64,000 nt of DNA from Octopus vulgaris (taxonomy: Eukaryota). Below are positions 11,283 to 25,630 of this stretch, one piece after another. The notes beneath the pieces were generated by a model. The model saw only the letters and a list, made by a program, of their open reading frames with translations. It searched no databases and was not told where the DNA came from. The DNA is taken from positions 4,154,001 through 4,218,000 of the forward strand of contig OX597815.1 in the NCBI GenBank assembly GCA_951406725.2. Reading direction: 5' to 3'. The translations under genes were made by a program, and so were the position numbers. The first letter of the stretch is position 1. Each line of letters begins with the position of its first letter.

Positions 11283-12534
11283 CTTTGGTATGGTTTCTAC
11301 AGCTGGATGCCCTTCCTAATGCCAACCACTCCATAGAGTGTACTGGGTGTTTTATACATAGCACCAGCATGGGTGCTTTGTATGTGGCACCAGCACAAAT
11401 GCTTTATACATGGCACCAGCACAGGTGCATTTTACGAGGCACCAGCAGAGGTGATTTTTATGTGACGTCAACTGCCAAGTCATTTTACCAAAAATTTACA
11501 GCCAATTCTGAAGAGAATATTTCCTCCTGACCTAAATGGCACTGTGGATCCATTTCCTGTAAGTGGCATCGTTAAGACAGCAGACAAATTGATATCGAAG
11601 GTGTCTCTCTACTTGCAACATCAATCCGCAGTGCGGAAAAACTTTTGTTTAGGCCACAGCATCAACTGGCAGCTTTTGCAGGCAGTTCCAAGAAACAGTC
11701 TTTGCTACAAATCAATAGACATTGTGATGGATCAACAAGAAATAGTTCCTTCAGGTTGACTGTTGCTACCCAGACTAAAAGACAAAGAATGACTGATAAT
11801 GTTGCTGTGTAAATTCAGATCAGTGATGGCCATGGAATTGCACAAGACAAATAGCTAAGAACATTATGCCACACAGTATCAAGGCTTCGAATCTCTCTGG
11901 GTTCACCAAAGAAGATGCAAAGGCACCGGCAAGGTTGTATGGTTAAGAAAGTCTGCTTCCCAATCACATGGTTGCAAGTTCAGTCCCACTGTGCAGCACT
12001 TGGAGGCAAATGTCTTCCACTATAGCCCTGGGCTGACCAAAGCCTTTTGAGTGGATAGTGAGAGGAAGTTATGGGGAAAGAGTACATCAGGGTTCGCCCC
12101 CCCCCCCTGCCGGAGCTTCAGTGTGCTTTAAGTGTTTTTGCTCAATAAACACTCACAACGCCCAGTCTGGGAATCGAAACCGTGATCCTACGGCCGTGAA
12201 TCCGCTGCCCCAACCACTGGGCCATTGTGCCTCCATGTATAGATATAGCAACAGAGATATTCGTGTAGTCTCAGAATAAACCATTTCTGGTGCTAAAAGT
12301 AATTTTATTGATATTTGATTCTTTGATGTTTTGGTGGTTTTTGGTGAATCGCAACGACCTACAAAGTGCCTCTCCTCCCCTGCCGCCCACTCTTATCTTT
12401 CTCTCCATTTCAGATTTTTTGGCGGGAAGCCATCGTAAATTTCTTGTTCTTGCTGAGAGCAATAATTTTCACTTATTTATTTAATTATTCGTTTATTTAC
12501 CTACTTTCGTTTCCAGAAAGACTTATCAGTGTCC

Positions 12535-12890
12535 TCCCACCACCACCACCACCACCACCACCTGTCCCCCACACTATTGCCAAAACCATCACCACCACCA
12601 CCACCACCACCGCCACCACCACCTCCATCTCTGATACCATCACCACCGACACAAACACCACCTTTGCCTCCACGATGATCACAACTACCACCTCCACTAC
12701 ACCACCACCACCACTGCCGCTACCACCCACAATGCCACCACCACCATCACCTTTACCACTGTTGCCACCAACACCTCCATCAATACTATCAGCATCCTCC
12801 CCCACCATCACCACCACCACCACCACCACCCCCTTTGCCTCCACAATGATCACAACTATCACCTCCACTACAACACCACCGTCCCTACCA
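12535..12890. repeat. (CCA/ACC)n-rich low-complexity tract
   Basis: Degenerate trinucleotide repeats with an internal duplication (cctttgcctccacnatgatcacaacta twice). Confidence 0.9.
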
Positions 12891-13019
12891 CCGATCTATC
12901 ATTCTGTCTATGTTTATTGTCCATTAATTACTGACTGCAGAGTAGAACATTTCTTCTAAAACAGTTTGTTGTACACTAAAGTACATCCGAGTGAAAACCG
13001 TTCCCACCCTCATCACAAG

Positions 13020-13232
13020 CTCACGCGCACACACGCAAACACGCACACACACACATGCATACACACACAAGTACACACACACACATGCACACACATACAC
13101 ACATACACATATGCACACATGCACACACACAAACACACATACACACGCACACAAACACACACACATGCACACACACATACAAACACACACACACATGCAC
13201 ACACATACACATACGCACACACATGCACACAA

Positions 13233-13296
<64 letters not shown>

Positions 13297-13495
13297 ACAC
13301 ATGCACACACACATGCACACACACATACAAACACACACACACATGCACACACACACACAAACACACATGCATACACACACACACAAACACACATGCATAC
13401 ACACAAACTCCCATACACACACACACACATGCACACACACGCACACATGCACACATGCATACGCACACATACACACACACACACACTTACATACA
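13020..13495. repeat. Long degenerate (CA)n microsatellite
   Basis: About 470 bp of CA/CATG/CATA repeats. Confidence 0.95.
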
Positions 13496-13751
13496 AAGCA
13501 CTTGTTTCGTATTGATCTGCATTACACTCGCATAGATTCCTTCAGCAGACTCTCTCCTCCTCCTCTCAACATGTTGGTCACATGTGGTAAACACCTCCAA
13601 ATATTATTAACCAAGCCCTGCCTCGTTATCTCACAATGCATCAACCTTCGCCAAGGGGCAATGGCCCCAATGCCTTTTTGGTCTCTGTTCATACATTTTC
13701 AGTGAGAAACGCATAATGTCTGCATTGCAGGCAGTTATATTGTTTGTATTG

Positions 13752-14232
13752 CAGAAGTGGCTGTGTGGTAAGGAGCTTGCTTCCCAACCACATGGGTCTG
13801 GGTTCAGTCCCATTGCATGGCACCTTGGGCAAGTGTCTTCTGTTATAGCCCAGGCTGACCAAAGCCATGGGAGTGGATTTAGTAGATGGAAACTGTAAGA
13901 AGCCTGTTGTACATATGTGCATGTGTGTGTATGTATATGTGTGTGTATATATGTATATGTGTGTGTATATATATGTATATATGTATATGTGTGTGTATAT
14001 ATATGTATATGTATATATACATATATATATATGTATATATATATGTATGTGTATATGTTTGTGTGTCTGTGTTTACATCCCTGTAACTTAGCAGTTTGGC
14101 AAAAGAAGCCGATAGAATAAGTACTAGGCTTAGAAAAGAATATGTCCTGGAGTTGATTTGTTTGATTTGTTCAACTAAAATCAGTGCTCCAGCATGGCCA
14201 CAGTCAAATGACTGAAACAAAGAATAAAAGAA
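13752..14232 (+). mobile_element. Family-1 SINE
   Basis: Head, internal (TA/TG)n and tail all match the family. Confidence 0.85.
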
Positions 14233-14267
14233 TATCTAAATGTTATTAGGAATTGTATTAAAAAAAT

Positions 14268-14430
14268 AGGCGCAGGCGTGGCTTTGTGGTAAGAAGCTTA
14301 CTTCCCAACCACATGGATCCAGGTTCAGTCCCACTGTGTGGCACCTTGGGCAAGAGTCTTCTACTATAGCATCGGGCCAACCAAAGACTTCTGAGTGGAT
14401 TTGGTAGAGGGAAACTGAAATAAGCCTGTC

Positions 14431-14480
<50 letters not shown>

Positions 14481-14745
14481 TCATCATCATCATCATCGTT
14501 TAACGTCCGTTTTCCGCGCTAGCACGGGTTGGACAGTTCGACCGGGGTCTGGGAAGCCAGGGGCCGCTCCAGGCTCCAGTCTGATCTGGCAGAGTTTCTA
14601 CGGCTGGATGCCCTTCCTAACGCCAACCACTCCGCGAGTGGAGTGGGTGCTTTACGTGCCACCAACACAGGGGCCGGGGGGTCCGGCATCGGTCACGATC
14701 GGTTCGAGCTTTTAACGTGCCAGCAGCACGGGAGCCAGCCAAGGT

Positions 14746-14842
<97 letters not shown>

Positions 14843-15045
14843 GTTTGTCCACCTCTCTCCACCATCACTTGACAACCGATGTTGGTGTGTTTACTTCCCT
14901 ATAACTTAGCAGTTTGGCATAAGGGGCCAATAGAATAAGTACCAGGCTTACAAAGAATAAATCCAGGGGTTGGTTTCTTAAACTCAAAGGTGGAGCTCCA
15001 GTATGGTCACAATCAAAATGTCTGAAGCTAGTAAAAGAATCAAAG
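14268..15045 (+). mobile_element. Family-1 SINE with an RTE 3' end (14478-14748, minus) nested in its internal (TA)n
   Basis: Head at 14268-14432, RTE tail catcatcatcgtttaacgtccg..., then (TA)n and SINE tail at 14840-15045. Confidence 0.8.
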
Positions 15046-15097
15046 ACTAGATTTAGTTAATGGTTTAATGCAGTGGTTCTTACCATTTTGTGCCCAT

Positions 15098-15325
15098 GGC
15101 AGTGAGCTGGCAGAAACGTTAGCACACCGGGCGAAATGCTTAGCGGTATTTTGTCTGCCGTTACGTTCTGAGTTCAAATTCCGCCGAGGTCGACTTTGCC
15201 TTTCATCCTTTCGGGGTCGATAAATAAGTACCGGTTACGCACTGGGGTCGATGTAATCGATTTAATCCCTTTGTCTGTCCTTGTTTGTTCCCTCTATGTT
15301 TAGCCCCTTGTGGGCAATAAAGAAT
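15098..15325 (+). mobile_element. SINE family 2 with a target-site duplication
   Basis: accattttgtgcccatggca flanks both sides (~15082-15101 and ~15330-15348). Confidence 0.85.
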
Positions 15326-15671
15326 TAAACCATTTTGTGCCCATGGCACCCCTTTCTTGCCTATTTTCCTAAGGTGGACCCTCAAAGCCATTCCATGTTT
15401 CAAAAATTCTTATTTTATTCTTATTCATTTACTCTTTTTCTCGTTACCATAATTTGACTGTGGCCATGCTGGAGCACCGCCTTTAGTCGAACAAATCAAC
15501 CCCAAGACTTATTCTTTGTACGTCTAGTACTTATTCTATCGGGCTCTTTTGCTGAGCCGTGAAGTTACCGGTATGTGAACATACCAACACTGGTTGTAAA
15601 GCGATGGTGGGGGGTACAAGAACAGACGCACAAATACACACATACATACATACATACATACATACATACAT

Positions 15672-15837
15672 AGGCGCAGGAGTGGCTGTGTGGTAAGTAG
15701 CTTGCTTCCCAACCACATGGTTCTGAGTTCAGTCCCACTGTGTGGCATCTTGGGCAAGTGTCTTCTCCTATAGCCTCGGGCCAACCAAAGCCTTGTGAGT
15801 GGATTTGGTAGGCAGAAACTGAAAGAAGACTGTCGTA

Positions 15838-15881
<44 letters not shown>

Positions 15882-16110
15882 CGTGTGTGTATATGTTTGT
15901 GTATCTGTGTTTGTCCCTCTAGCATTGCTTGACAACCGATGCTGGTGTGTTTACATCCCCGTTACTTAGCGGTTCGGCAAAAGAGACCAATAGGATAAGT
16001 ACTGGGCTTACAAAAGAATAAGTCCCGGGGTCGAGTTGCTCGATTAAAGGCGGTGCTCCAGCATGGCCGCAGTCAAATGACTGAAACAAGTAAAAGAGTA
16101 AAAGAGAAAG
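15672..16110 (+). mobile_element. Family-1 SINE, near consensus
   Basis: Complete head to tail. Further partial copies flank it at 15425-15670(-), 16165-16300(-) and 16358-16760(+). Confidence 0.9.
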
Positions 16111-18224
16111 AGTATACATACATACATACATACATACATACATACATACATAGACATATATATATGATGAGCTTCTCTCAGTTTCCATCTACCAAATCCA
16201 CTCATAAAGGCTTGGTTGGCCTGAGGTTATAGTAGAAGACGTTTGCCCAAAGTGCCATGCAGTGGGATTGAACACAGAACCATGTGGTTTGGAAGCAAAG
16301 GAATTGTATAAAAAAATATTTTGTCTTGTAGAAGTACAAGCAATCTACTACCCAATAGGAGTGGCTTGCTTCCTAACCACATGGTTCTAGGTTCAGTCCC
16401 ACTGCATGGCAACTTGAACAAGTGTCTTCTATTATAGCCCCAGGCCAACCAAAGCCTTGTGAGTGGATTTGGTTGACGGAAGCTGAAAGAAGCCTGTCAA
16501 AGGTGTGTGCATGTGTATGTGTGTGTATTTTTGTGTCTGTGCTTGTTTCCTGCTACTGCTTGATAATTGGTGTTGGTGTGTTTACATCCCCACGACTTAG
16601 TGTTTCAGCAAAAGGAGACTGATGAAATGAGTGTCAGGTTTTCAGGAAAAAAAAGCAAAAAAATCCCTGGGGGGGCCAATTCATTCAACTAAAATTTCTT
16701 CAAGGTGGTGCTCCAGCCTGGCCGCAGTCTAATGACTGAAACAAGTAAAAGATAAAAGATATAAAGATCTGCTTTAAGAAGATCTTATATGGAGCCTAAT
16801 TGAGGACACTAGTGTAGCAAGAGTGAGTGCCATCCCCACCCCCCTGGACCCCACAGAAAACACATTGTCTACAGCAGACCCAAAAGTGCCAACCAGGGTG
16901 GACCACCCCTACACCTCCCCCTAGCTATGCTAGAGGTTGAGAGCTACTGGTTTAACATAAACGGCACAGTTGGTTGGTGTCCTGTGTGCTGGAAGAGAAC
17001 TGGGATTGCTAAAGCATGTCTCTAGAATCTACTTCAAACACAGGCTATGTCCGCTCTGATAATCTGATAATATGTCTGTTCTGAGTTCAAATTCTGCCGA
17101 GGTTGACTTTGCCTTTCATCCTTTCGGGGTCGATTATATAAGTACCAGTTATGCACTGAGGTCGATGTAATATACTTAATCCGTTTGTCTGTCCTTGTTT
17201 GTCTCCTCTATGTTTAGCCCCTTGTGGGCAATAAAGAAATAAGTGTCTTCTGCTATAGCCTTGTGAGAAAATTTGGGAGACAGAAACTGAAAGAAGCCCA
17301 TCTTGTATATATCATTATCATTATCATCATCATCATCATTTAGCATCTGTTGTCCATGCTGGCATGGGTTTGACGGTTTGACCAGGGCTGGCATGCTAGA
17401 AGGCTGCACCAGATTCCAGTCTGATTTGGCATGGTCTTCTATGGCTGGATGCCCTTCCTAATGCCAACCACTCTAATAGTGTAATGCACACTTTTACGTG
17501 CCACTGGTACAGGGTGCCATTTGTGTGACACCAATATCTGCCATGACTGTGATTTTGCTTGGCTTGATGGGTCTTAAATATATATGTGTGTGTGTGTCTT
17601 TGTGTCTGTGTTTGTCTCCCACCACCATTTGGCAACCAGTGTTGGTTTGTTTATGTCCCTGTAACATTAGCAATTCATCAAAAGAGACCAATAAAATAAA
17701 TATCAGATTTTATTAAAAAAATAAGTACCGAAGCCAATCCATTCAATTAAAAATTCTTCAAGGTGGTGCCCCAGCATGGCCGCAGTCAAATGACTGAAGC
17801 ACGTAAAAGTTAAAGAAATATTAGTGTAAGAAATGAGGGGCCAAAATGAACTCGGCAGGATTTGAACCCTCAAAATAGAGTGCTGCAAATATATAGTTCA
17901 AAATATTTAGTGGGGTGTGTCTGCCATTTCTGATAATTTGGCGCCGTTCCAAGAATGATGAGAAATTCTGTGTGTAAGCTTCAATGAAGCCTGTACAAGG
18001 CAAGACAATTAGCAGAATGGCAGAGTGTCTTATTAGCTTTGAATAATTGATTGTTGTGAAATATCGCTGCCAGAAACACACAGGAATATCTGCAAAAAAT
18101 GTTCCCATTTTACCAAAGATTGTAGAAGATAGCATATTGCAACTGGTGGAGTAACCTAGATTTATTCTGTGAAGAGACAAATGTTGAGGAATCCAAAGAA
18201 AAAAAGAGTCTTCAGAGAAAAAGT

Positions 18225-18424
18225 TACTCTTTTACTTGTTTCAGTCATTTGACTGTGGCCATGCTGGAGCACCGCCTTTAGTCGAGCAAATCGACCCCGG
18301 GACTTATTATTTTGTAAGCCCAGTACTTATTCTATCGGTCTCTTTTGCCGAACCGCTAAGTGACGGGGACGTAAACACACCAGCATCGGTTGTCAAGCAA
18401 TGCTAGGGGGACAAACACAGACAC

Positions 18425-18457
<33 letters not shown>

Positions 18458-18630
18458 CATATATACGACAGGCTTCTTTCAGTTTCCGTCTACCAAATCC
18501 ACTCACAAGGCTTTGGTCGGCCCAGGGCTATAGCAGAAGACACTTACCCAAGGTTCCACGCAGTGGGACTGAACCCGGAACCATGTGGCTGGTTAGCAAG
18601 CTACTTACCACACAGCTACTCCTGCGCCTA
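18225..18630 (-). mobile_element. Family-1 SINE, full length
   Basis: Reverse complement of the family consensus. Confidence 0.9.
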
Positions 18631-18670
18631 TAAACAAGTTACCTGATAAACAAGTCACAACCACCACCTC

Positions 18671-18730
<60 letters not shown>

Positions 18731-19935
18731 ACATGCAATAGGCGGACGCTGCCACCCTTAATCAGATGCTTCATTAAAAGTCTGCAATTTGAAGAAACAA
18801 CAAGCGAGCAACATTATTTAAGTGGGTGGATCACAAATTAGTGGAAACTAATTTTCACCTGGAACATTATCACCGAATGAAGATGATGGAAAGAATTCGA
18901 CACCAATCTCGAAGTTCAAAGTTCCAAATTCACAAGAGTAAACATTGCAATCTGAACGCTTCTGTACGTTCTGTTATGACAGACTCCAGCAGACAAACAT
19001 GGTAAACATCTCAGCTAAACCCAAACCTAACGCAAGATCTGCCCACGCTTAAAGCTGTGCCTACTAAACACCATTAAATAAAAGAGATGTCTGCCTTGCT
19101 CCCTAAATACCAATGCACAGATCTAGGAATTGTATAGTGGCTGTGTGGTAAGAAGCTTGCTTTCCACCTGCATTGTTCCAGGTTCAGTCCCACTGCATGG
19201 CACCTTGGGCAAGTGTCTTTTTCTATAGCCTCGGGCCGACCAAAGCCTTGTGAGTGGATTTGGTAGGTGGAAACTGAAAGAAGCCTGTTGTATATATTCT
19301 TTTATTCTTTTACTTGTTTCAGGCATTTCATGGTGACCATGCTGGAGTACCACCTTTAGTTGAATAAATCGACCCCAGGACTTATTCTATCAGTCTCTAT
19401 TGCCAAACCATTCAGTTGTGGGGATGCAAACACACCAACATTGGTTGTGAAATGATGGAGGAGGGACAAACGCAGACACACACAAATGTATACATATATG
19501 ACAGGCTTCTTTCAGTTTCCATCTGGTAAATCCATTCACATGGCTTTGGACGGCCTGGGACTATAGCAAAAGACACTTGCTCGAGGTGTCACACAGTGGG
19601 ACTGAACCCGGAACCATGTGGTTGGGAAGCAAGCTTCTTATCACACAGCCATTCTTGCACCTATAGCCACTCCATATATGTATTTGTGTTTCTGTGTTTG
19701 TGCCCCCCACCAACCATCACTTGATAACCAATGTTGGTGTGTTTATGTCCCCATAACTTAGCAGTTCAGCAAAAGAGACCGATAGTATAAGTACTAGGCT
19801 TACAAAGAATAAGTCCTCGAAGAGTGTAGTGGGTGCTTTTACGTGCCACCGGCACAAGGGCCAAATAATAATGATAATAATAATAACATCAAAAAATACC
19901 TTAGGAATGAGAACCCAGGTTTGAAATTTCTCCAA

Positions 19936-19981
19936 GACACCTGATGAAGGCTGGAGAATATATCAGCCGAAACATTGTGTT
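19936..19981 (+). ncRNA. Minimal type I hammerhead ribozyme motif, family A (in repeat 19865-20060)
   Basis: gacac-CTGATGA-a-ggctg-(10-nt loop)-cagcc-GAAA-catt-gtgtt. Stem I is gacac/gtgtt and stem II is ggctg/cagcc. Confidence 0.75.
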
Positions 19982-20093
19982 AACAACAAACAAGATGAGG
20001 ACAAATATCCGTCAAATGTAAATAATATAAATAATTCCTCCTGTTAAATATAGAATTGAATAATAATAATAATAATAATAATAGGAGTCAAAA

Positions 20094-20130
20094 CTATTGT
20101 AAAGGCTGCAAGATGCAACGAAAATTTTAG
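20094..20130 (+). ncRNA. Degenerate minimal hammerhead motif with U3-A8 core, family F
   Basis: cta-TTGTAAA-g-gctgc-aagat-gcaac-GAAA-attt-tag. Sister copies on the minus strand at ~51620-51657 and ~51720-51756 have TTGAAAA. Confidence 0.5.
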
Positions 20131-20283
20131 AAAAATAAAGAGAAATAAATGGAAATTTTATTGGTGAGTGTGTTAGATTATAAGGCACAAAAAGAAAATG
20201 ACTCTCCCCAGACACAACAGAATAATAATAATAACATTGAAAAATACCTTAGGAATGAGAACCCAGGTTTGAAATTTCCCCAA

Positions 20284-20329
20284 GACACCTGATGAAGGCT
20301 GGAGGGTATATCAGCCGAAATGTTGTGTT
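20284..20329 (+). ncRNA. Minimal hammerhead motif, family A (second copy, repeat 20221-20380)
   Basis: gacac-CTGATGA-a-ggctg-gagggtatat-cagcc-GAAA-tgtt-gtgtt. Confidence 0.75.
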
Positions 20330-20671
20330 AACAACAAACAAGATGAGGACAAATATCCATCAAATGTGAATAATACAATAATTATAATTTAACTCCTATC
20401 AAATTTCTAGGTACTTATACAAAATGATGAAATAATGAATACTATTTCGTTTTTGGATTTGGTTTGCAAGATTCTTAATATGAGTTCGTGTGTTGAAGCA
20501 TATTCTGTTGTGTCTGGGGAGAGTCATTCTCTTTTAGTGCCTTATAATTTAACACACTCACTTGTAAAATTTCCACTTATTTCTTTTTAATTTTTCTAAA
20601 ATTAGAGAATGACTCTCCCTAGACACAAATGAATAATAATTTTGAAAGAGAAAATATTTACCACTTTAAAA

Positions 20672-21045
20672 TGTGGCTGTGTGATAAAAGGCTTACTTTC
20701 CAACCACATGGTTCCAGGTTCAGTCCCACTGCATGACAGCTTGGGCAAATGTCTTCTACTATAGCCTCAGGATGATCAAAGCCTTGCGAGTAGATTTCGT
20801 AGACGGAAACTGAAAGAAGCCTGTCGTATATGTGTGTGTGTTTCTGTGTTCGTTCCCCTCACCATTGCTTGACAACTGATGTTGGTGTGTTTACATCCCC
20901 ATAACTTTGCGGTTTGGCAAAACAGACCAATAGAATAAGTACCAGGCTTACAAAAAATAAGTCTTGGGGTTGTCGATTTGCTCGACTAAAAGGTGGTGCT
21001 CCAGCATGGCCACAGTCAAATGATTGAAACAAATAAATGAATAAA
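20672..21045 (+). mobile_element. Family-1 SINE
   Basis: Head and tail match the family. Confidence 0.85.
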
Positions 21046-21514
21046 AGAAAAAACCACAAAACAATGAAAGCAAATTTAGCCTGAATGAGATTTGAACCCA
21101 GAACATAAAATGGATGAACTGCCGCGAAGCATTTTGACGGCATGCTAACGATTCTGTCAGCTCACCACCTGAAATTTAAAAAGACAACAATGGCACATAA
21201 ATAGCACCATTCGTGGGTGGTCGATGCCAGTGCCCCCTGACTGGCCCCTGTACCAGTGGCATGTAAAAAGCACCCACTACACTCTCGGAGTGGTTGGCAT
21301 CAAGAAGGGCATCCAGCTGTAGAAACTTTGCCAGATGAAGATTGGAGCCTGGTGCAGCCTCCTGGCTTGCCAGACCCCAGTCAAACCGTCCAACCCATGC
21401 CAGCATGGAAAGCAGACATTAAATGATGATGATGATGATGATGAATGCTGTCCCTTTCTTTGAAAACAGCCTGATACCTCACACCCTTTTGAGAGTTGTC
21501 AAACCTGAGCACCA

Positions 21515-22461
21515 AACTGTTAATCCACTAATTGTTAATTAACAAAGTTAACATTTTCGTTAACAATTTAACTTTTAGGTTATCTCTGGAAATCATTATC
21601 GGACTAATTAACCTCTGTTACAATTAACTTTCATTAACTCAAGTCAACTTGAGTTAACTTCTGGTAACTTCAATTGAATTGAAGTTGATGGATTTTATAG
21701 TTTTGGCCCTTTTTAAGGGTATTTTTAGGTGGTTTTAGAGCAAAAACTGGTTTTTTGCTTTTCCTTTAATAAAAATCGAAATCAAAATCAAAGTGAAATT
21801 CGATGACTGGCACGAGCACCCAATACGAGCATGATCATTGACAGAGCGGCTAACTGGCTTCTGTGCTAGTGGCACATAAAAGACACCATTCAAGTGTGAT
21901 TGTTACCAGCATCGCCTTACTAGCACTTGTGCCCCGTGCTAGTAGGGTGCTAAGAGCACCATCCGAGCATAATCATTGCCAGAGCGGTTAACTGGCTTCC
22001 GTGCCGGTGGCATGTAAGAGGCACCATTCGAGCGTGATCATTACCAGCACCACCTTACTGGCACCTGTGTCGTTGGCATGTGTAAAAGGATTTGAGTGAG
22101 GTCGTTGCCAGTACCGCCTGACTGGCCCCCGTGCCGGTGGCACGTAAAAGCACCCTCTACACTCTCGGAATGGTTGGCGTTAGGAAGGGTATCCAGCTGT
22201 ACAAACTCTACCAGATCAGACTGGAGCCTGGTGCAGCCATCTGGTTCGCCAGCCCACAGTCAAACGGTCCAACCCATGCTAGCATGGAAAGCGGACGTTA
22301 AACGATGATGATGATGATGAAAAATTAACGTTAATGGCTTATCAATAACTTCTGTTACAATAGGAAATAATTAACTGATTATCGGTTATCAAAGTTGACT
22401 TTTTGGTGAACAGATTAACAGTTAACGAAGTTAACTTCTCAATTAACGGTGCCCACCTTTG
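21515..22461 (+). mobile_element. Non-autonomous hAT-type element with GTTAAC-rich subterminal repeats, interrupted by an RTE 3' end (21780-22320)
   Basis: Ends ...ttaacggtgcccacctttg. The same terminal region follows the hAT transposase relic at 47750-47887. Confidence 0.7.
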
Positions 22462-22999
22462 GTCATCGTTCACACAGTTTGAAGTTGTGATTTAGGCCGT
22501 TCACCCCTAATGTTGTACCCAAAAAGTAAAACTCCCCCACCTCAGTTTGAGACAACCCCCTGCCAAGGGCACCCCACTAGCATTGTTCTCCTTTCACAGA
22601 CATCAAATACAAGAATTTCTGATTCCTCACCATTTATCACTACTCTCTCATTGCTATTCCTCCTGTCATGAAAACAAGCCATATCGATAAATCTATACAT
22701 TCAATCTAGAATTATCCTGGTCTTGGCGCAAATAATGGTTCAGTGCAAATATTTCTCTTGTTCTTCCTTCCTCCTACTACTTCCTTTTTTTGCTCATTTA
22801 TTCATTCTCTTATTCTCCTTTTCTGCCAGAATGTTTCTATGTATGAATGCCTGCTTCTTTTTCTAGACTTTCATCTTAGTTTTTTTTTCTAACATATATA
22901 TAAATACAATATGAATATATGTATGTGAAACTGCCTCGTTTTTTTCTCTTTTATTTCAACATTTTCCAGTATATTTCATACATACACACATACATACAT

Positions 23000-23071
<72 letters not shown>

Positions 23072-23524
23072 TTAATCCAAACAAGAAAACACAAAAAAAA
23101 AGCAACGCGAGGACGTGGAACAATTAAAGTATTATTTGATGCTCAGGAAAGAAGGGAAGGAAGATATATATACACACATACATACATGTATGTCATAAAT
23201 TTATTTCTCATCAAATTCCACCCCTTACTTTGGCACCAATTCACCGACCGTTAGATCTATCCGAATGTACTTTCTCAAGACACGCCTTCAAATTGGACTT
23301 TAGTTGGGTTTTGTTTTTATTTTCAGTCAATAAGTCAATGGGGGGAATTGGAATGGTAGAAAGTTTGGTCGTAACAGCAGAGGAAACAGCAACGGTGGAT
23401 AGCAGAATTGGGGAAGCAGGAAACAAAATAACCAAAGGGGTACATACTTTAATTTCCATTGGGTTTTGTGTAAATGTATCTGTGTGTGTGTGTGTGTGTT
23501 AGATTTTGTTTTTATGTCAAGTTC

Positions 23525-23525
<1 letters not shown>

Positions 23526-23559
<34 letters not shown>

Positions 23560-23870
23560 TGTTTAACGTCCGTTTTCCATGCTAGCATGAGTTGAATGGA
23601 TTGACCGGGGTCTGGGAAACCAGGAGGCTGCACCAGGCTCCAGTCTGATCTGGCAGTGTTTCTACAGCTGGATGCCCTTCCTAACACCAACCTCTCCAAG
23701 AATGTAGTGGGTGCTTTTTATGTGCCACCGGCACAGGAGCCAATCAGGTGGTACTGGCATCAATCATGTTTGGACAGTGCTCGTTATGTGCCACCGGCAC
23801 AGGAGCCAATCAGGTGGAACTGGTATCAATCTGTTTGGATAGTGCTCGTTGTGTGCCACTGGCATGGATG
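23526..23870 (-). mobile_element. RTE-LINE 3' end
   Basis: (CAT)n tail followed by the family 3' UTR in reverse. Confidence 0.8.
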
Positions 23871-24987
23871 TATAAAAAACAATAAAAATATCTGTGCTAG
23901 CACCACATACAAAGCCTCCATGTTGGTGCCATATAAAAGGCAGCCGGTACACTCTGTAAAAGTGGTATCCAGCCATAGAAACTCTCCAGCTGACCAGCTC
24001 CTGCTAATCCATCTAACCCATGCCATCATGGAAAATAGACGTGAAATGATGATCATCTCTCAATAATTTCTAGAAGAGTACATATTCATTGATTTTTACA
24101 GGAAAAAGTTAACAGTAACTTCAAGGTTTTTGTGTGCTTGCCATCATCAGATTGTAGTTTATTTTGGTTCATTCTGTCTTTGGCAGGTTTTTGTATTGTC
24201 AAGTGAAGTAATGTGAATGAGAATCACAAGTGGTGTAAGTAGACTGAGGAAATAGTTGTGTGGAAAGCAAGGAATGAAGGAAGTATGTGTTTCTAGGGTG
24301 TGGATTGATAGAAAGCCATGGTGGAGAGAGTTATTCTCATTTGATATGGAATCTTGTTATTGTTTAGGGTTCATAACAGTAAACAAATAAATAGATATGT
24401 CATAGTCAAATCATGATATTTGTTGTGTATATGGTTGGCTTTTGTGCTACTTTAAGGTCCACAAACAAATATTTATTGGTAAAATAGTTGGATCTGTTAC
24501 ACCGCATAAGTCGGGCTGAGGTTGAATTTGGTGTTGGAGTTAGTAGCTTTTGAAACTAGCTCTCCATCTCCATGGTTCTGAGTTCAACCTCATTGCATGG
24601 TACCTTGGCCAAATGTCTTTCAAACTGACGAATTCAAGGTGTAGCTGTCTCATCCTTCTTTTTGCCAAAACATATATCATCCAATGTGATGGTATTAATA
24701 TAAAGAAGGTATGGCTGCTCTTTCTTGCAGGTTAAATGCCTGTGCAGACACTTTCAAATTTCTTTCACCAAACTAGACAGTCTCGGTTGAAATAGGAAGT
24801 ATGACATCTCATTCCCTTCCTAAATACTTTGATTCACCTCAATTAAATTTAATAACCCATATCAAATAGAAGCAACTTGGGAGTCACAGAGTCGGCATGT
24901 CTAAACATAGCACCATTTTGGAGTCATGTGACAGATAGAGAAAGGAAATACAATAATTCCAGCCGGAAATTGAAACTGCATTATCCC

Positions 24988-25020
<33 letters not shown>

Positions 25021-25214
25021 AGTTTTTCTCCCTGTCTATTTATTTTTCAATCTATTTACCTGACTGTCTGTCTGTCTCTCTCCATATATATATATATATA
25101 TATATATTTATGTATACACACACACACACATATATGGGCACACACATGGTCGTGCAGTTATAAACTAGCTCTCTACCTACATGGTTCTGAGTTCAATCTC
25201 ATTGCATGGTACCT

Positions 25215-25630
25215 ATTTCTTTACTACCCACAAGGGACTAAACGCAGAGAGGACAAACAAGGATAGAGAAACGGATTAAGTCAATTACATCGACCCCAGT
25301 GCGTAACTGGTACTTATTTAATCGACCCAGAAAGGATGAAGGTCAAAGTCGACCTCGGTGGAATTTGAACTCAGAACGTAACGACAGACGAAATACCTAT
25401 TTCTTTATTACCCACAAGGGGCTAAACACAGAGAGGACAAGCAAGGACAGACAAACAGATTAAGTCGATTATATCGACCCCAGTGCATAACTGGTACTTA
25501 TTTAATCGACCTCAAAAGGACGAAAGGCAAAACTGACCTCGGCAGAATTTGAACTCAGAACATAAAGACAGACGGAATACCGCTAAGCATTTTGCCCAGC
25601 ACGCTAACATTTCTGCCAGCTTGCTGCCAT
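25215..25630 (-). mobile_element. SINE family 2, two tandem body units
   Basis: Reverse complement of the 8310-8725 structure. Confidence 0.85.

Noticed and set aside
12400-12480. Possible splice acceptor ctttctctccatttcag
   Set aside because: No convincing exon or donor follows, and the sequence runs into low-complexity DNA.
12366-13705. Pro/Thr-rich and His/Thr- or Cys/Val-rich ORFs
   Set aside because: These are translations of (CCA)n and (CA)n microsatellites. The same applies to 27615-29490, 34157-34770, 43691-44185, 50183-50731 and 54342-55168.
24330-24870. Possible very old Penelope/LINE coding remnant (also 11480-11900, 17850-18200, 60030-60180)
   Set aside because: There are too many stops and no motif I can identify with confidence by eye; translated searches are needed.
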